Of a stretch of 64,000 nucleotides of DNA, positions 46,044 to 57,307 are shown one piece after another. Under the pieces are notes generated by a model that saw only the letters and a program-made list of their open reading frames with translations, was not told the DNA's origin and searched no databases. Where the stretch lies: the NCBI GenBank assembly GCA_965603825.1, contig CBFDEM010000044.1:434001-498000 (forward strand), in the 5' to 3' direction. The stretch comes from Blepharisma stoltei ATCC 30299 (Eukaryota > Protista > Ciliophora). A program made the position numbers and the translations under genes. Within the stretch, counting starts at the first letter, position 1; each line of letters opens with the position of its first letter.

Positions 46044-48116
46044 TTACAAGTTTGTATTTGCGCGACCTGATTTTTTTCTAAAAAACATTTGAGACAAAGC
46101 TAAATTTTCGTCTGCTTTTATAGCTGAATCTAGTGAAGAGTCTCTCATTTCTCCTTTTGTATCCTCAAATGATTTTTCAAATCTATTTCTGCGGTTTGGA
46201 TTCTTAGTTGGAGGACGGCTTTGGAAATTCATTACTGTTTCATAAGCTTTATCAGTGTAATAATTTACGACTTGGCTTGGTGTAGACGATTCTAAATGTT
46301 GATTACGTGCCCTCACAACAGTTCGGGTAGATTTAAACCCTCATTCATGCTTTTCTTTTTCTTTTGGAGGTGGAGCGACGACTACTGCTTGTATTTGCTT
46401 ATGCCCTTTTTCAAGCTGCATAATTTTCTTTGCCAATTCATCATTTATTTTTCGCAAATTCATTATTTCGTCTTCATCAGAAGTCTTTTCTTCCTTAATA
46501 GCATTTTCAAAATTTTCAGCTTTTTCTCGCAAATTTTGATTTCTCTCATGTAACTATTTAAATCAAACCTGTAAAATTTCGGATTCTTGGGCTTTTCTTT
46601 TATTTTTCAGCTCTATTAAATCTTCTTTAAGCTTTCTATTAGAATTCATAATAAGCTTGAATAGTTTTACGCTATCATCTAGTTTTTCAGCTAAAACTTC
46701 TGTGCTGTATCCGAATCCTGAATTGTCTGATTCATAGTTTTTCGCAGGAGCTGTAGGTGGCGGCCTTGATGACGTTGGCTCCCTTCTAGACTGGGCTGAC
46801 TCTATGTTGTTACGAAGTGCTTGAATTCTTTGAATATGAGAAGATTTAAAGGGCATATTTTCAATTTCCCTCAATTTTACTGCTTGCTCTTTTTTCTCCA
46901 AAATTGAGATTTCAGAAAGCAAATCGATTTGTTGATAGACTTCAGATAATTCTTGTTTTAAATTTTTAATTTCGTCCTATATAGGAATCACCCTGAGCTT
47001 TTTTGTCATTTTGCTTTTAGGGTCAATGTTCTTAACAGGGATATTAGAAATGCTTAATGCTTTGCTTGCATAAGAAAGAGTGCTTAGATTTTCATCAAGA
47101 TAAGCATCAGAAGGAGCTAGGCATGCAATCATCAACGTAAAACCATTTCCGCCTATGCTTTGTTTTAATATACTTGTTAATTTTGAATCTCTATAAGGAA
47201 CATGCACTGTTTCTCCTTCTCTTTGTGAAGAAAGAGCTGTGATTACTTGCCGAAGTGTAAATAATGACTTATTGATTTCAATGCTTTCTTTTAGAATAAT
47301 GCCTTCATTTCCAGTAATTGACGGTCTCTCACTCCCTGCCAAGTCTACCAATTGAAGTTTGCTTGATAAAATCCCTCCAGATTCAGAATCAAGTGCTTCA
47401 ATCGTCAGAGTAAATAATGTATGAGACCTTGATGAAATAGAATTTAAGTTATGTGAAGCCATAATTTTGTTTTTAAGCCCAGAATGATAATGCATCATGA
47501 CTTCTTCAGGACTATAACAAGCATGCATAAAAAGATTGTCAATGTAAAATTCTTCCAATTTATTTCACCTCAGCTTCAGTCCTGGATTTCCTGGTTTAAG
47601 CTGAGCAGGGTTCAATAAATCATAAATCCTTTCCTTATAGACTTGTATATAAGTGCAATATACAGTGTACTCAGTGTTTGAAGAATTATTTTTGATTTCT
47701 TCAAATAGGCGCTTGATCACTCTTGGAACTACTCCGACGTTTTCGTTGTTTACTTTTATTATTGGTTTTAAGTTCTTGTCATATTCGTAGCCTTCCATTG
47801 TGTAGGTTTTTCCTGAACCAGTTTGTCCATAAGCAAATATTGTTACATTAAAGCCAGAAAGCAGTTTGGAAATTAAGATGCTTAAATTGCAGCTTTCAAA
47901 AAAGTCCTGCTGGGAGGTTGTTTGGTCTAAAACTTGATCGAATTTAAAAATTTTTGTCTGGGTGCTTTCAGGCATTGAGATTCTGAATTAAGGTTACATG
48001 ATTCTTTGCTGAAGCTGATCGCATGAAATTCTGGAGACTTGGTGGCCTTGGGAGACCTCTTCTTGAAGAAGTGGCCTTATCCTTACAGCTACTCCGATGT
48101 TATTTCTACTTTCCAT
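46044..48116 (-). CDS. Kinesin motor protein
   Basis: GQTGSGKT, SSRSH, DLAGSE, HVPYRDSKLT; introns 47983-47997, 46977-46991, 46554-46568. Confidence 0.93.
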
Positions 48117-48393
48117 AAATTAAATAAAGGTTTAAAACGAAATTTTATTGTTAATTTAAAACAATATATAAAATTACTTAAACTCTTATTTTAAAGCTGT
48201 CACTAGTCATGCTACTTCAAATAGAATTTAATTTAGGCCCTCTTATCTTATTGATTCTCTAAATTTTAAAATTCTCTCCTTGATTGACAGAATTATTTAG
48301 ACACAAACCTTAACTAAAATGCAATTAATATTAGACCATGAACTTATATATCTGGTTTAATTTTCAAATATATTACTTCCATTATATTTTCAT

Positions 48394-49668
48394 ATGAGTG
48401 AACAAACAGAAAATTCACGGTTAGAAGACTTATCCCAGCATCAAGCATCTTCAACTGAGATCACTCTAAACGAAGAAGAAGTTCCTCAGATCCTTAATTC
48501 TTTACAAGGAGAAGCGATCTCAAAAATACTCGAAGAAGACTATATTGGTGCAATTTCTATACTAAAAAGATGTGAAGAAATTCTAGAATCCGTGATAACT
48601 CATGGAGGAAAAACTGATCCTGACCAAGTCCTTGCAACTTTGCATAACTTGGCTCTTTGTTTTCAAAGATTAGGAGACTTAGAAAAATGTGCTGCTTATC
48701 TTGATGGCTGCTTATTTAATTTAAATTCTTTTCAAGTCATGACAAGTGAGAAATCTCAAATTTTGAATGAAATTCGAAGAAATACTTATAAATCGAAAAT
48801 TCATATACAGTCTTGTGCTGTTTTATCACAGATGAAGAAGCATAAAGCTGCATTAACTCATGCACAAAACTCATTTAAGGCTGTAGCGAATTGTGTGAAA
48901 ATGACAATAACTGCTTCTGGCTTGCTGCTTAAATCGTTAAAAAATAAGCCTCCAGACCTTGGCAAACAAATACATAAAATAATAAACTCTGCAGTTCCGA
49001 CAATAAAAGTTCTTGAAAATTTCATAAAGACTGGAAAACTAAGCCATCCACCTAAAATTCGATCAGTTTTAGGAGTAAAATCCCACCCAGACTGGCTTGA
49101 TTCTTTTACAATTGCAGATGTCATGCTTATGCAGCCTATAAGTTCAGAAGAACTTAAGAAATCAATCGGAATGCAAGCTGAATTCACAAAAGATTTTATT
49201 CTCTATAAAGTTTGCTTGCTTGCTATAAGCAATTTTTGTGTTGCTACAGAAATTCAATTTATCCATTCAAACCAAATTTTCAGAGAAAAAAATGATAAAG
49301 AAGCAGAACTTTACCATGAAAAATCAATTGAGCTCCTCCGAGTTTTTTTCCCTCCTGAAAGTCCTCTTCTAAAGCACATCCAAGAAAGCTACATTAAAAG
49401 GTTTATGGACTCTACAATTGAAGAACAAACTATGCCTCTGATCTCTGCTAAAACTAAACCAAATAAAAAAGCTCGAACTATTTCTAAAACTCCTACCCCA
49501 AGAATTGACAAACTAAAAAATGAAATAAGGCCAGGGACAATTGGAGGCTTTAAAACGTCTCATATGAGAACTGCAACTCCTACCCAGGAATTCAGAGTTA
49601 GCTCTGACAAAAGACGACACCGAAGTGAAGACTCGTCACGACTCCTTGCATTCCATCATTTAGAGTAA
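48394..49668 (+). CDS. TPR-like helical-repeat protein
   Basis: 'TLHNLALCFQRLGDLEKCAAYL'. Confidence 0.7.
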   Translation: MSEQTENSRLEDLSQHQASSTEITLNEEEVPQILNSLQGEAISKILEEDYIGAISILKRCEEILESVITHGGKTDPDQVLATLHNLALCFQRLGDLEKCAAYLDGCLFNLNSFQVMTSEKSQILNEIRRNTYKSKIHIQSCAVLSQMKKHKAALTHAQNSFKAVANCVKMTITASGLLLKSLKNKPPDLGKQIHKIINSAVPTIKVLENFIKTGKLSHPPKIRSVLGVKSHPDWLDSFTIADVMLMQPISSEELKKSIGMQAEFTKDFILYKVCLLAISNFCVATEIQFIHSNQIFREKNDKEAELYHEKSIELLRVFFPPESPLLKHIQESYIKRFMDSTIEEQTMPLISAKTKPNKKARTISKTPTPRIDKLKNEIRPGTIGGFKTSHMRTATPTQEFRVSSDKRRHRSEDSSRLLAFHHLE

Positions 49669-49699
49669 TTTAATGTATATGACTAATTTGTAGTAAGAT

Positions 49700-50137
49700 T
49701 TACTTAAGATCAACTGCAGTCGAACCTTTAGAAGCACCGATACCTGGTCTTCCGTGCTTAACTGGCTTGTATGTAAGCGAAAATTCTGCTAGGTAATGTC
49801 CAATCATGTCTGGCTTGATTTCAACTGGAACAAAGGATTTACCATTATAAATTCCAACAACTGAGCCTACTAATTCTGGCAAAATGATTGCGTCTCTTAA
49901 GTGTGTCTTGACTGGCTTTGGCTTTTCTCCGACTTGGGTATCTTTCTTGGCAGCCACACATTTTTTGTAAAAGCGGATATATTTGTGAGGAACTTCTCTG
50001 TTTAGAAGTCTTCTTCTTTGTCTGCAGCCAAGGAGCTTGAGAAAATCTTCTTTTTCCATCTTCACCAAGTCATCGAGGTCAACTCCACGGAAGGTATACT
50101 TACGGAATGCTCTTTTCTTTGGCTGAGATTCTGCCAT
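49700..50137 (-). CDS. RPS15: 40S ribosomal protein S15 (uS19)
   Basis: '[11 protein letters not shown]', 'VKTHLR', '[25 protein letters not shown]'. Confidence 0.97.
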   Translation of the reverse strand: MAESQPKKRAFRKYTFRGVDLDDLVKMEKEDFLKLLGCRQRRRLLNREVPHKYIRFYKKCVAAKKDTQVGEKPKPVKTHLRDAIILPELVGSVVGIYNGKSFVPVEIKPDMIGHYLAEFSLTYKPVKHGRPGIGASKGSTAVDLK

Positions 50138-50365
50138 TTATAGTGTTATAGAGAGAGCATATAGGTTAGCTTCCTTTATGCGCCGAAATTTTACTTTGAA
50201 TTAATAATAGATAGATAAACACATATGATTGATAAAACAATCAGAAACTACTATAGATCTGCTTTTTCTAATGCTGTGAATACAATATTTCAAGGCTATT
50301 TATCAAATAGAGTTAATGCTTTGGGAATTGATAAATATTTAGCGTAAAAATTAAATAATAATTTT

Positions 50366-50680
50366 ATGTTAGGATTAAAAAATACACAAATTGCCTTCTC
50401 GGCTCCAATCAATGGGGTTTTGATTTCTTTAGCAAACGAGCCATCTCTGGGATTATATTATGTTCAGCAGCACATAAAAGCAACAACTCCACTAAATGCT
50501 GAAACTCAAGAAACAGTTGAAAACGCGCACGATACAATGAAAAATGCTTTGCCTGATCTTGAAAATACAATTGAAGAAGTAAAGTTAATATCCGAATTAA
50601 TGGACAAGTGGAGGCCAGGAATGTTTGCATCAATGCAAAAAATCCATGAAACTTTAGATAAAAAACTTAAGACTGTTTAA
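50366..50680 (+). CDS. BORCS8: BORC complex subunit 8-like
   Basis: 'LANEPSLGLYYVQQHI' signature. Confidence 0.8.
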   Translation: MLGLKNTQIAFSAPINGVLISLANEPSLGLYYVQQHIKATTPLNAETQETVENAHDTMKNALPDLENTIEEVKLISELMDKWRPGMFASMQKIHETLDKKLKTV

Positions 50681-50755
50681 ATTCGCCACTGATTAAATTC
50701 TGCTCTTTATTTTTGCTAAGAACTAATGGCATCTGTTTAATTTTTTTTTTTAAAT

Positions 50756-52567
50756 TTATATAACCATAAACTCTCCTGTCTTTAGTGGTTTAGGAATATA
50801 ATCAATTTTTCTATATTTTTCTGTATTTTCTGAACGCTCCCTTTCAATTCTTAGTAATGTCCATAAAGTTCTTCTAAATAGCTCTAATATACACATAAGC
50901 ATTAATATAATTTCTGCGTTAAAATAATCATTTTCAAAAAAAGTAAGAGGAAGAAGCGAAAGAGATCAGGCATATCTGAGAAATCCATTACAAATCATTA
51001 TGAAATAATACAATTTCTTTTCAAAATACAAGTTTTCTCTTAAAAGGCAGCCATTTTTAGAGTTTCTCACTAATCCCCAATCTTGATAGTAGTCCAAAAA
51101 CATTGTAAATTCACTGCATATAATGAAAACTGAAATCCAAATGTAGGCTTGCTGGCTTTTTTGTAGTCCGAGATAAGAGATATATATTATAAATAAGCTT
51201 TGGCCATATCTTACTAAATTAACATACTGTTTTCTGAAGAACGGAGGATCATAATAAATTTTATTACAAACTTGCATTAATCTCCAAATAAAAGGTAAAG
51301 CTGAAATTATAGTTAAGGTCAAGACATCTGTTGAGCATGGAGGCTTTTCTTTCTGATTTCATAAATTTCCTATAATATAGCACATTGTCAAATAAAAATC
51401 TCTTAAAGGTATTGTCATTGATGTTAGCCAACTTGCTAACATATAGTTTCTAAATTTCACAGGCCCAAAAGGTGCAATTACTACTTCTGCTAATGTTTTT
51501 AGCACTCTCATTCTTGCGTTTTTATGCATAATATTAAAGGGGCAAACTAAAAGAAAAACATATATTCCTAAAAATAATATTGCTGAGCTATTGTTAAAGC
51601 GAGGGACTAGTCCAGTGCCAAAACTATGGGCGATTTTAGTTAAAAAAAAAAATGATCATACTGCATTTAGAGTAAGCCCCAGCCTTAAAATTTGCATATA
51701 GGATATTCTATTTGAAGGATCTATTTCAAAAATATACATTCAATTCAAGGAATGAGACTCAAGCATATATATTAGTCATGATGCTCCAATAAACACAAAG
51801 TTTATTGATAAGGTTAGCCTAAAAATGGAGAAACACAGAAAGATGCCCCCAAAAACAGTTTTTTCAGAGAGAGATATCAAAACAAATGCAATTACAAGAG
51901 ATGCAATAGTGACACCAATTGAAAAATATATTCAGCCTATATCAACTAGCCTGTAATACTTAGAAGTTCTGGTAAGTAATTTCATCGCTTCTAGAATATC
52001 TCCACCTAAAAATTCTTGAGCAACCTTCTCATACAATAATTTCCTCATTTCTCCTAATTCTTTTTCATACTTTGAGAATTCTTGTTCTTTCAAAAGCGAA
52101 ATCAAGTCAATCGGATGCTCAACTTTATCTATAAGTCTCAATGCGGAAATATAGTTAACTTCACAGAAAACTTCTAGCCATCATATTCTTTTGTGCAAAT
52201 TTGATAAGGATTCTCTAAAGCACAATGCATTATCTGATACGCAACCATCTAAGTTTAATACATGTTGTATTTCATGATTTTTTAAAACTGAATCGTTTAG
52301 CATTATCCTAATTCCTTTAAAAATAGAGTTTAAATCACTCATAGATGCTGAGCTTTGAGAAATATAGAATCTATTGATCTTATAGAATTGTTTTTTAAAG
52401 CTTTCTTTAATATTAGTTTCTTTTATTGCTATTTCATCTTCGTGTGGCTCAACTGATAGCATCCTTGCCATTTGACAATCATAAATCATCTTTTTAAGAT
52501 AAGAGTAGTCAATGTAATAAGCTGACCATTCAGGTATTTTGTAATACTCTAATTGTTTGGCGAACAT
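50756..52567 (-). CDS. SPX-EXS phosphate exporter (XPR1/PHO1/SYG1 family)
   Basis: Single intronless frame with TGA=Trp; 'FAKQLE...IPEWSAYYIDYSYLKKMI', 'APFGPVKF', 'QDWGL', 'LELFRRTLWTLLRIE'. Confidence 0.9.
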
Positions 52568-52832
52568 TATAATTTATTATTACTGGATCAACAACGGAAA
52601 AATGGTTTAAAATTCACATGGAGTTCTCTTTAAAAATGGTTCATAAGGCTACTAGCAAGTCTTTTAATATTGCGATCACAGGTAAGATCCAAAACTTTAC
52701 AATTATATAAATGAAGACATAAAAATTTCATAAAATAATAAATTAAATTATTTTTTTGTGCAAGCAGCATAGGTTTATATTAATTAGAGAATGCTTTACG
52801 TTAAAAAGCTGTAAAAATAAATCAATTTCAAT

Positions 52833-54521
52833 ATGGATGATGTTGACAATATTTATCTAGATGACTTACACTCATTTGATCCAAATGAATGGCCAAACAT
52901 TCCCAAACCAATTGTTATTGCTTTCAACCTCCTTAAAAAAAGTATGCTAAAACAAGAAGAAGCTATACAAAATCTCAAAAAAAACTCTGAATTTATGAAT
53001 GACAGATTTACAAAGAGCTCTGAAGGGGCGATATCTTTATCAAAAATGCTTGTTGCAAAATCTGAAGAAAATCTAAAGCTAATAATCAGAGAATCAGAAG
53101 AAAATCAAGTATATTCCTTAAACATCTTGCAAAAAAAATTAGACAAAGAAGAAGAATTCCGAGCTCTACTTGGAACTAACATTTCAGCACTTTTATCAGA
53201 GCAAGTAGATTTACTTCAAAAAAAAATTAGTGAACTGCCTACACTCAATAATATTAAAGAAGCTGAAAAAAATATAAGAGAAGAATTAAAGGAAGAGTTT
53301 TTAAATGATGTCAAGCACAGAATAGTTTTGCCTGAAATAAATAATGTGCATTATAAAATCAAAGACAGGTTAACGTAATGGATAATCAGCGAAATTGAAG
53401 GAGAGATTAAAGAAGTGAAAAAAAGAATTCTTGATGAGGGGTTGTACACTTCGAATAATATAAGAAAAAACTATGAAGATATCACAAAAATAATTGAAAG
53501 CATAAGGGAGCAGTCTGGAAAAAATGAAATAAAGGTTGATTTGTGCACAAGCAGAATAAGAGATTTAACAGAAAGCGTTAGAAACTATGAAGCAAATTGA
53601 AATAAAACCATGGTGGAAATGTGAGAATCATTGCAGCAAGATATCAAAATCCTTAAGATAAAAGCTGAAGAAAAAGGCCCTAGAACTCCTGTGGTCAAAA
53701 CTATTAGTCTGTCTCCATCCTCATCTCATTTAAATCCAGCTCCGCAGCCTCCTAAAACTCTTATAACGGCCCCTGATTATGCAAGAAGCTCTGAAGTTCC
53801 AACTGATGAACTGAGACATGAAATAAGAGAAGAAATAAACTCAGTTAAAAATGAACTTCATGCATTATTAAAATACAGTGAAGAAAAGTCAACAAAAGAT
53901 TTAGTAGATTCAGTCCAATCTATAGAAAATAAAATTTCGCTTGCCAAAATGACTCTTGAGAATCAGTTTCAAGAGCTCAGGGATAAGTTTTCTTGGCTGC
54001 CTATGAAATTTGATCAGTTAGAAGGAATGAGTCCGACTGAAGCAAGAATTTTCACTTTGGAAGCAAGATTAAGATCTGAAGAAAACTCACGAATTCAAGG
54101 GCAACACCAAATATTGAAGTTTATGGAAAACAAATCAGTACAAAGCCAGGTAAGAGCGAGCCCTGAAATTGCATCTTGCAGAAAAGAGTGCTTTACTCCA
54201 CAAATTTTGACGAGTAGGCAATCTTCTAGATCAATTAATAAAGTTTTTGAAAGAAAAGTCCCTCCAGGGGGCATGTGCGGCGGAGATATATGGAAACGAC
54301 CAATTGATTCTGACAGGAAAAAAAGTATAGACGGCGAAAGTGTCGTGTTATATGGGTCGAAAATGAGGGCTCACTCACCGATTGATTTGAGCTTAATAGA
54401 AGAGAGTTGCATAGAGCAGCTAAAAAAGGAAAGACTTAATAGAAAAAGGAAGAGCATTCCGAAATCGTTTGATAGTATGGATGGATCAACTCCTAAATAC
54501 TTCAATAAAGAAAAATCATAA
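52833..54521 (+). CDS. Coiled-coil hypothetical protein
   Basis: Intron 53375-53389; TGA=Trp; 'EARIFTLEARLRSEENSRI'. Confidence 0.7.
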
Positions 54522-54659
54522 CGATCGTTTTAAGCATTTTTTATCATACTAAATGAAATTTTTTATATTTTCTGAGCAGTTCTGATATCTATTTTAAGAA
54601 AATAAAATTAAAATTACTTTAATTTCAATATTTTAAGAAATAAAAAAATTTCTTAACGG

Positions 54660-55841
54660 TTAAAGGATCGTTGCGACATCTTCAGGCATTTCCTCAATTT
54701 GAGTTGAATAATGTTGTTCCAAATCTCTTAAAAACTGAGCATCCTGTTCCGTCACAAAATTAATGGCCACTCCTTTGCGGCCAAATCTTCCACTTCTTCC
54801 AATACGATGCAGATAATTTTCGAAGTTATTCGGAAGATCATAATTCATAACCAAAGAAACTTGCTGGATATCAATCCCTCTGGCCAACAAATCAGTTGTT
54901 ATAAGAACTCTGCTTGACCCACTTCTGAACTCCCTCATAATAAGTTCCCTTTGATTTTGCTCCATTTCTCCATGCATAAATGACACAACAAAATCTTTTT
55001 CAGTCATAGACTGAGCCAGCTCTTCCACTTTTCTGCGGGTGTTACAATAAATGATTGCTTGGGTTATGTCTAAGTTTTCATATAAATCAGTCAGAGTAGG
55101 AAACTTCCACTCTTCTTTTTCAATAGGGATATAGTACTGTTTGATACCTTCTAAAGTCAACTCATCTTTTTTTACTAAAATACGGATCGGATTTCTCATG
55201 AAATCTTCGGTTAGCTTAAGTATGTCTGAGGGCATAGTTGCAGAAAGCAAACAGCACTGGATGTTGCCTGGGAGATGTCTGAAAATTTCTTGGATTTGTT
55301 CTTTAAAGCCTAATGAAAGCATCACGTCGGCTTCATCCAGGATGAAAATTCGTAAGTGCTGAGCAGACATGAGGTTTCTGTTGAGTAAGTCAAAAACCCT
55401 GCCAGGTGTCCCGACGACAACTTGCACCCCTCTTTCAAGTGTCCTGATATCTTCTTTAATGAGGGTGCCTCCAATGCACGCATGCACCTTAACGTGCATG
55501 TACTCGCCGATTTGGCTGACGACGCGAAAGATCTGCTGAGCGAGCTCTCTGGTGGGTGCAAGTACCAAAGCTTGGAGTCTATTCACGTCTGTATCGATCA
55601 GTTGGAGCAGACCAACAGTAAATGTGGCTGTTTTACCTGTTCCTGATTGCGCCTGAGCAATAGTATCATGTCCCAGAACAATTGGTTTGATACCCTTTTG
55701 CTGTATGGCTGACGGTTTTTCGAACCCATAAGAGTAAATTCCTCTCAGGAGTTCTTCTTTGAGTTCCATGTCATCAAAACTCTCAACTGATTCATCCCAG
55801 TTGGATTCGATGACATAGTCATTTGATAATGTTTCTGACAT
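54660..55841 (-). CDS. eIF4A: Eukaryotic initiation factor 4A
   Basis: [44 protein letters not shown]. Confidence 0.96.
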   Translation of the reverse strand: MSETLSNDYVIESNWDESVESFDDMELKEELLRGIYSYGFEKPSAIQQKGIKPIVLGHDTIAQAQSGTGKTATFTVGLLQLIDTDVNRLQALVLAPTRELAQQIFRVVSQIGEYMHVKVHACIGGTLIKEDIRTLERGVQVVVGTPGRVFDLLNRNLMSAQHLRIFILDEADVMLSLGFKEQIQEIFRHLPGNIQCCLLSATMPSDILKLTEDFMRNPIRILVKKDELTLEGIKQYYIPIEKEEWKFPTLTDLYENLDITQAIIYCNTRRKVEELAQSMTEKDFVVSFMHGEMEQNQRELIMREFRSGSSRVLITTDLLARGIDIQQVSLVMNYDLPNNFENYLHRIGRSGRFGRKGVAINFVTEQDAQFLRDLEQHYSTQIEEMPEDVATIL

Positions 55842-55968
55842 ATTATCTTTGTAAAATTTGAAATTCAGGCATTAATTTATCATCTTTTTGATAAACAAAT
55901 TATTTTTATTAAGACTGCAAGGTAAATAAAGCAAAACTGATTAATTTAAGATCCTGTGAGATTTATAA

Positions 55969-57117
55969 ATGGAACAGTGGCTTGTATCAGTTCAGTGCCA
56001 ACCAAGTCAAAAGGATAGTATCACTCAAGTAATCGAGCAAGAAGTCATGCAGACGAGCTCGCGGCCACTTGGAAGAGTTCACTTGTTCAATTGTCCAATT
56101 CATTTCAAAGTGGGATCTCTTGACCAACTTGTAGCTTTAGCAGATGATTTGAATAAGCTGGATCATCACCTTGAAGGCGTTGTGAAGAAAGTGGAGCGCC
56201 AGTTTGTGGAAATAGAGCCAAATCCTCATCTTACAATTGACAACCCATTTGTAGGAAACCAGCAGTCTTTTGCACCAATAGATTATGTTGCCAATTTTCA
56301 ATGGAATAATTCCAAGTACCCTCCGACCAAGACTTTGCAAGAACTCTCAGGACTTATAGAAGAAAGGATGAGGGCATTGGATGACGATGTGAAGAATAAG
56401 ACAGTGAGATACCAAGAAGCTAAAAACTCATTGGGAGCAATCACTAAAAAGGAGTCTGGAAACCTCTACTCCAAAGATCTTGCAGAAATCATTACATCTG
56501 CTATAGCTTCGCCTGAAGATTTCATCAACTCAGAACACTTGAAGACTTATTTAATTGTGCTGCCTAAGAAAGATGTTAAAAAGTGGTTGGAAGGCTATGA
56601 ATTTTTGGACTCTGGAGTGGTGCCAAGAAGCACAAAGCAGTTTGACGTTGAGGATAAAGACTTGACCCTGTGGAGAGTTGTAGTTCTTAAGCCATCGGCC
56701 GATTCCTTTGTGTCTGCAGTAAAACAAAACAAATGGGCCGCAAGAGAATTTAGCTTTGATCCTGCTTATACAGAGAACCAAGCAGCTTCTAAAGAAAAAG
56801 TGAATAAGCAGTTCCAAACCCAGCACAATTTACTATGGAGAGCTTGCAAGGTCGTCTTCAGCGAATTATTCATTGCGTTAATTCATCTCAAAGCTATGAG
56901 AATTTTTGCTGAGTCTGTTTTGAGATATTCGCTGCCTCCTCAATTTGTGTCATTCTATATCATTCCAGAAAGAGATAGGGAAAAAAGAGTGCTTGACAGC
57001 ATGGTCAAAAAGTTCATGAGGCCTGGAGAAACTGCAGATATGTACGGCTCAAGAGATGATAGTGATGAAAACGAAGATTTCTTCCCATTTGTCTTTGTCA
57101 GGCTCCCATCGTTTTAA
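55969..57117 (+). CDS. ATP6V1C: V-ATPase V1 subunit C
   Basis: 'FKVGSLDQLVALADDLNKLD', 'FQWNNSKYP', 'HLKAMRIFAESVLRYSLPP'. Confidence 0.95.
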   Translation: MEQWLVSVQCQPSQKDSITQVIEQEVMQTSSRPLGRVHLFNCPIHFKVGSLDQLVALADDLNKLDHHLEGVVKKVERQFVEIEPNPHLTIDNPFVGNQQSFAPIDYVANFQWNNSKYPPTKTLQELSGLIEERMRALDDDVKNKTVRYQEAKNSLGAITKKESGNLYSKDLAEIITSAIASPEDFINSEHLKTYLIVLPKKDVKKWLEGYEFLDSGVVPRSTKQFDVEDKDLTLWRVVVLKPSADSFVSAVKQNKWAAREFSFDPAYTENQAASKEKVNKQFQTQHNLLWRACKVVFSELFIALIHLKAMRIFAESVLRYSLPPQFVSFYIIPERDREKRVLDSMVKKFMRPGETADMYGSRDDSDENEDFFPFVFVRLPSF

Positions 57118-57307
57118 ATTTATTATTTGGAAGTTATGCCTAACTAATTCAAGAATTTCTTATATGACTAAAGTTTTTTAATTTCATACATTTATTTACT
57201 TATTTAATATAAGAAAGTTATCTTTCAAAATTTCATTTCATCTTTATCGATAAAATAAATTTCATTGTGAATTAATTCACATTTTTTAAATTTAAAAATC
57301 ATCGTTA

